Assembly (NCBI RefSeq): GCF_000737315.1
Contig: NZ_JMCB01000003.1
Span: forward strand, 496,001-560,000
DNA: 64,000 nucleotides
Origin: Hyalangium minutum
Lineage (GTDB): Bacteria > Myxococcota > Myxococcia > Myxococcales > Myxococcaceae
Reading direction: 5' to 3'
Position numbers and translations under genes: made by a program. Below, in pieces: positions 59,382 through 64,000 of this stretch (its first letter is position 1; each line of letters begins with the position of its first letter). The notes under the pieces were generated by a model, which saw only the letters and a list, made by a program, of their open reading frames with translations, had not been told where the DNA came from and searched no databases.

Positions 59382-61331
59382 TCATGAGCGGCGCCCGGCT
59401 TTGCGCGTGACGCATCCAGACCAGGGGACCTCCACATAGCCCTCGGACCTCCGGAAGTTGAAGAGCTTGAAGGTGGGATGCGTTTTCGGGTTGTAGACCC
59501 TGCCCAGTGCTGCTGCCAGACTGGCCGGACACGCCAGCGCGAGCCACACCTCTTGAACGTCTGGCCATTCAGCGCGGATGCGCTCCAGACATGTGCGGAA
59601 CTCCTCGACGGCATGTGCCGTGTCCAGAGGTCCTCGCAGCACCGTAGGTGAGGGCCCACGGGCTGCCACCAGGCGCACCAGCGCGGGAGGTGCCTCGGTC
59701 CCCAGCCACCGGGCCAGTTCCTCGGAGTGGATGGACAGGTTCACCTCAAGGGTCATGGCCAGGCGTCCCCCCGATGCGCGTCCGGCCTCGGGAGCCGGCC
59801 AAGCCTCCTCCCGGAAGAACTTCTCCTCAGAAGAAGGCTGCTGCATGGAGTCGTAGCCACAGGTCCAAACGCCGGTGCGTCCTCTTTGCTCCTGGTACAC
59901 GCTCAGCTTCCACCGGCTCAACCGCCACCCCAGATGGAACATGAGCGGCAAGGGGGCACGCCCGAAGAGGTGCACCTTTGAAACGTGTGTTCCAAGCGCG
60001 TCTACGAGCTGATCGGCCTGATCGAGTGCGCGCCGCCACTCCCGGGAGGTGGCGGGCAAATCATCCCTGACCTTGTCAAAGGGCTGCAGCACGACGACAT
60101 CCGGATCCTCACCGGCCTCTCCTTTGAGCGCCTCGATGATGGAGGCATGCGCCACGTTGAAGTTCACCTCGTAGGCCACCACGAGTTCCTCCGGAAGCTC
60201 GGGGAGCGGCGTGTCTGGCGAGAACACTATGCGTTGCCCGCGCGCACGGGCCTCGGGCGGAGACTGCGCAAAGAACTGGAGCGATGCCCAGTCGAGGGAC
60301 GACGCACTCAGTACCTCATGGGCTTTCTGAAAGGCTTCGTAGATGGGGACATTCTGTCCGCAGAGAGCTTGGTAGAACGCCCCCGTCATCTGTACAGAGC
60401 CGTTGATGCTCAGGGGCATCTGCGATGCGATGACCGCTGGGATGCCGAGGCGGTGAAGGTCGTGGGCCACCCCTCCAAACATGCTCCCCACCTGACCAGG
60501 ATTACCGCCGTGACATGCGCTCAGCACGATTGCCTGTAGATCCCGGTGATAGGGACCCAGCACATCGCGAAGGCTGTCTCCATCAATCCGCGTGGGTCTG
60601 CTCGGCCGATGGGGATCTTTCCAGCTCAGTCCAAACGTTCCTCCGGGAACTGGGCCTCCGTGACACAGGATGTGGAGGATGCGAAACGGCTTCCCCTCTT
60701 GGCGTGCCTTTTTCAACCTGCTGCGAAGCGAATCCAGGGTCACATCCTTGAGTGCGTCCTGATCCTGATTGAAGTCGGGACACGCCTTCTGGATGGCGGA
60801 GAGATGGCGGTCCTCCTCGACATCCCCCTCCGCGTCGGACCAGGCGAACAGAACCCGGCCATGGCGGTGGGAGGCCGGGGGAGTCAACGTGTTGTGGGCC
60901 CATTCGAACTGCAGGGGATGCGGCGCGATCGTGCCAAGGCTTCGGCCTCCATGGCTGAGCGAAGTCAGTGACCAGGGGAGGCTGAACAGTTCCCCTGCGC
61001 TGAAGCGAAATAGCAGCCGACGAGGTGTGTGCGTTTCCTCGGCCTCAAGTAGAGCGTTCTCGTAGGCCTCCCAGCCCTCCAGTTCTTTCAGCACGTCCTC
61101 GAGAAATCTGCGCAGCAGATCACCCATCTGCCTTCGTACGGAGGAGGAGGGATCCGGGCGCAAGAACTCCGAACGAAGCGTCTCCACCTTGTCCCATGCG
61201 AGAAGGGCCGCCCCCAGCTTCCCCTTCGCACCTCGCGCGAAGTACTGCTGGGGCCTTCCATCAAACGCATAGGGCTCGTTCGGCCTCTCCGAGCGGCCCA
61301 ACTCGATTGTCAGCGTGCGCAGTCCAGGCAT
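59382..61331 (-). CDS. CHAT protease-SAVED sensor fusion (649 aa)
   Basis: CHAT: ELFSLPW, LHILCHG, VLSACHGG, AVIASQMP. SAVED: VHLFGRAPLPLMFHLG, VYQ, VWLALACPASLAAALG, GYV. Confidence 0.9.
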   Translation of the reverse strand: MPGLRTLTIELGRSERPNEPYAFDGRPQQYFARGAKGKLGAALLAWDKVETLRSEFLRPDPSSSVRRQMGDLLRRFLEDVLKELEGWEAYENALLEAEETHTPRRLLFRFSAGELFSLPWSLTSLSHGGRSLGTIAPHPLQFEWAHNTLTPPASHRHGRVLFAWSDAEGDVEEDRHLSAIQKACPDFNQDQDALKDVTLDSLRSRLKKARQEGKPFRILHILCHGGPVPGGTFGLSWKDPHRPSRPTRIDGDSLRDVLGPYHRDLQAIVLSACHGGNPGQVGSMFGGVAHDLHRLGIPAVIASQMPLSINGSVQMTGAFYQALCGQNVPIYEAFQKAHEVLSASSLDWASLQFFAQSPPEARARGQRIVFSPDTPLPELPEELVVAYEVNFNVAHASIIEALKGEAGEDPDVVVLQPFDKVRDDLPATSREWRRALDQADQLVDALGTHVSKVHLFGRAPLPLMFHLGWRLSRWKLSVYQEQRGRTGVWTCGYDSMQQPSSEEKFFREEAWPAPEAGRASGGRLAMTLEVNLSIHSEELARWLGTEAPPALVRLVAARGPSPTVLRGPLDTAHAVEEFRTCLERIRAEWPDVQEVWLALACPASLAAALGRVYNPKTHPTFKLFNFRRSEGYVEVPWSGCVTRKAGRRS

Positions 61332-61336
61332 GGTTC

Positions 61337-62218
61337 CTACCGGACTGGGTAGTCCGTCCCCAACAACTCCCGCCAGAGTTCGTTCGCGCCAGGCATGTCG
61401 ACCCGCCGCTCAAGTTCCAGCGCTCGGGCCGCCTTGCGTGAGGCGCCCGAAAGCCGCTGCTGCCCTTGCTGAAGATGCCCCTCCCCTACTCCGGCATTCA
61501 CAGGAGGCCCGAGCCCAGCGGGATCCTTCCAGTCAGCCCGGATGTGCTCGCTCATGAACTGAAACAGATGCGCCATGCCCTGCGCGTAGACGGACGGGTG
61601 GGACTCCGGCTGGAACGAGGCAATGCCCTCGTAGGCCATCACCTCCAGCAAGAACGACGGCACCGGCTTGCCTTGGAGTTGGTTCCAGCGCTTGATGGCC
61701 TTGATGAGCGGCTTCAGCCGCTGCATCGCTTTCCTGTTCGCCTCGTCACAGGCCGCGATGTGCTTGCGCGGATTGCTCCGGATCCACTGCCCCAAGCGCA
61801 TATCGGGAATCCAGTAGATGCCCGGCTGGCGCAGATCTTCGAACGCGGGGACCACATCGAAACCGATGCCCGTCCCGGAGAACTCAATGTTGACCGAGCG
61901 GTTTTGCAGTCGCGGTTGCTTGCCGCGGAACTCCTTCCGCAGCGCTTGCGCGACGCGCTCGAGAAACTCTTGTGGCTGCAGGACCTTTCCGTTTCCGCTC
62001 GAGTCCGTCGTGAAGATGAGGAAGAGGTCGATATCGTGCAAAGGCCGGATGGCCGTATTCCGTCCATACGAGCCACTGAGAATGGACTCCCGCGGGCTCA
62101 GATGGTGACGCAACGCATCGAAGACGACCCGCTCCTGACGCTGCGCCTCGCGGTTCTCACCTTCGCGGAGCTCTAGGTCCTGCATGAACTGCTCGAATGA
62201 CTGCGCCACAGTCGGCAT
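61337..62218 (-). CDS. Second CD-NTase/SMODS nucleotidyltransferase (293 aa)
   Basis: LSGSYGRNTAIRPLHDIDL, FDVVPA, NPRKH, LIKAIKRWN, SFLLEVMA. Confidence 0.92.
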   Translation of the reverse strand: MPTVAQSFEQFMQDLELREGENREAQRQERVVFDALRHHLSPRESILSGSYGRNTAIRPLHDIDLFLIFTTDSSGNGKVLQPQEFLERVAQALRKEFRGKQPRLQNRSVNIEFSGTGIGFDVVPAFEDLRQPGIYWIPDMRLGQWIRSNPRKHIAACDEANRKAMQRLKPLIKAIKRWNQLQGKPVPSFLLEVMAYEGIASFQPESHPSVYAQGMAHLFQFMSEHIRADWKDPAGLGPPVNAGVGEGHLQQGQQRLSGASRKAARALELERRVDMPGANELWRELLGTDYPVR

Positions 62219-62414
62219 CGTTGGTGTCTCCTCTCTTGCTAAGAGACACGAAGGAGACCGCAGGCATTACATCTGCTGAGCACAGCAAGCCGACAATTCC
62301 TGGACTACATTGCCCCACCTCCTTCGCGCAGGGCGTCCAGCGCGAGGAGCAGGAGAGAGCAAATTTCCCGCTCTCCCCCTCCCCTTCAGCTCAAGGCCGC
62401 GCGAGCGTCTCCGC

Positions 62415-63680
62415 TCACCACTTCCCGTTCTTGCTCAGGCCCTTGAGCTTGGTCTCGGCCTTGGCGAAGTTGTCGGCCGCCTTCCCCTTGCCGGAGAGCG
62501 TGGCGTAGACGCTGTTGCGGAACTCGTTGCTCACCTGGTTGTACTTCGTGCCGGTGATGGTCGGCCGAGGCACCGCGTTGGTGAAGGTGGTGTAGAGGCT
62601 GCCGAAGAACGGGTTGGCCTTCAGCAGCTCCGCGTCCTGGTAGAGGCTGGTGATGGTCGGGTTGAACGCACCCACCAGGGCCCGGCGCTTCTGCTCCTCG
62701 TAGCTGGTCAGGTACTTCACCAGATCCACCGCCAGATCCTTGTGCAGCGAGTACTTCGGCACCCCGAGCTGCCAGCCACCCAGCGTGCCCGTGGACTTGC
62801 CGTCCGCGCCACCCTTGGGCAGCGCCATCACGCCCACCTTGCCCTTGATCGGGCTGTCCTTGTTGTTGGCCAGCGCCCACGCATACGGCCAGTTGCGCAT
62901 GAACACCGCATTGCCGGACTGGAAGGCGCCGCGAGCCCCCTCCTCCTCGTAGCTCAGCACGCCCTTGGGCACCACGTTGCCCACCAGCGAGGCGATGAAG
63001 TCGACGGCCTCCGCGGCCTTCGGGTTGTTGAGCGTGACCTTGCCCTGGGGATCCACCACCGTGCCGCCGCCGAAGGAGTCCACCCACTCCAGCGCGTTGC
63101 ACGTCAGGCCCTCGTAGGACTTGCCCTGGAACACGAAGCCCACGAGCTTGTCATTGCCCGCCTTCTTCTCACCCTCCAGCACCGTGCGGGCCGCCTGCGC
63201 CAGCTCCTGCCACGTGGTGGGCGGCTTCTGCCCGTACTTCTCCAGCAGATCCGTGCGGTAGTAGAGCAGCCCCGCGTCCGTGAACCAGGGCATGGCCACC
63301 AGCTTCCCGTTCACCGTGTTGTTCTGCACGATGGGCTGGAAGTGCTGCTTCAGCACGTCCTCGGGGATGTAGGGCTTCAAGTCGATGAAGTGGTTGGCCA
63401 CGAGGCCCGGCCACACGATGTCGATGCGCGCGACATCCAGATCCGTCGAGCCCGCCGCCAGCAGCTGCTGAAGCTGTGCCAGCTCCTGGGTGGCATCCGT
63501 GGACGCGCTCATGATCTGCACGGTGTGCCCAGTCTTCTTCGCCCAGGCCTCCGCGCCCTGCGTGCACAGGTCCTTCTCCATGCCCACGCTGCCACAGGCG
63601 ATGTGGAGCGTCTCGGCTCGCGCCAGTGTGGGGTTGACCAGCGCCGCCGCAGCTACGAGCCCTGCCATGACCTTCTTCAT
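62415..63680 (-). CDS. Sugar ABC transporter substrate-binding protein (trehalose/maltose-like)
   Basis: Signal peptide; [44 protein letters not shown]. Confidence 0.93.
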   Translation of the reverse strand: MKKVMAGLVAAAALVNPTLARAETLHIACGSVGMEKDLCTQGAEAWAKKTGHTVQIMSASTDATQELAQLQQLLAAGSTDLDVARIDIVWPGLVANHFIDLKPYIPEDVLKQHFQPIVQNNTVNGKLVAMPWFTDAGLLYYRTDLLEKYGQKPPTTWQELAQAARTVLEGEKKAGNDKLVGFVFQGKSYEGLTCNALEWVDSFGGGTVVDPQGKVTLNNPKAAEAVDFIASLVGNVVPKGVLSYEEEGARGAFQSGNAVFMRNWPYAWALANNKDSPIKGKVGVMALPKGGADGKSTGTLGGWQLGVPKYSLHKDLAVDLVKYLTSYEEQKRRALVGAFNPTITSLYQDAELLKANPFFGSLYTTFTNAVPRPTITGTKYNQVSNEFRNSVYATLSGKGKAADNFAKAETKLKGLSKNGKW

Positions 63681-64000
63681 TGCGTGTGTCTCCCTTGCTG
63701 CCAGGCGCTCCGGGCTTGGAGCGCGTCCCTACAAAAGGATCTCCAGCCGCCTCCAGTCCCCCTCCACGTCGAGCGTGAGCTTCCCCTCCGCGAAGCGGTG
63801 CTGTCGGGCGCCTCGCACCTCGCGGGGAGCGGGCAGGCCGTAAACACACAGCGTCTCCTGCTGGCGCGCCAGCGGCAACTCTCCTTCCGTTGCACGCTCG
63901 AGCACGCAGCGGCCGGACTGCCACTCTCCGACGAGCCGCGTTAGCCGCGCCGCGCCATAGCCCTCGCCCGCGTCTTCATACAGACGCGCGTCAATGCGCG

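Noticed and set aside
63681-64000. Short ORFs at the right edge
   Set aside because: No motifs or RBS support; probably the upstream region of the ABC transporter gene.

Overview
High-GC bacterial window, most likely a myxobacterium (inferred from the ATC-started, C-terminally extended infC/dsg, ELWxxDGT, PilZ and CHAT genes, and Pkn-type kinases). It has three parts. (1) 1-21 kb is an accessory region ending at the 3' end of tRNA-Pro(GGG). It holds a queC-queE-queD(partial) operon divergent from a six-gene, translationally coupled operon (unknown, wHTH-like, P-loop ATPase, degenerate ATPase/coiled coil, 1607-aa SF2 helicase, Dna2-like nuclease with dead helicase motifs), then an IS701 remnant and a kinase/NTPase pseudogene. 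This looks like a divergent Dpd-like or otherwise unassigned DNA defence island. (2) 21-50 kb is core or housekeeping DNA: ihfA-pheT-pheS-rplT-rpmI-infC-thrS-tRNA-Val, an envelope operon, peptidases, cspA and others. (3) 50.4-62.2 kb is a nine-gene co-directional locus and the best candidate for an undescribed system: CD-NTase, CHAT-SAVED, ECF sigma, anti-sigma/TPR/CHAT, small protein, gingipain(C25)-like protease, second CD-NTase with a GRFA tail, Cap2, Cap3. This is a two-cyclase CBASS enclosing three His/Cys proteases and a sigma/anti-sigma pair. All family calls come from motif reading by eye; no database search was run. Start codons were re-picked from overlaps and RBS-like motifs where the ORF track was over-extended.
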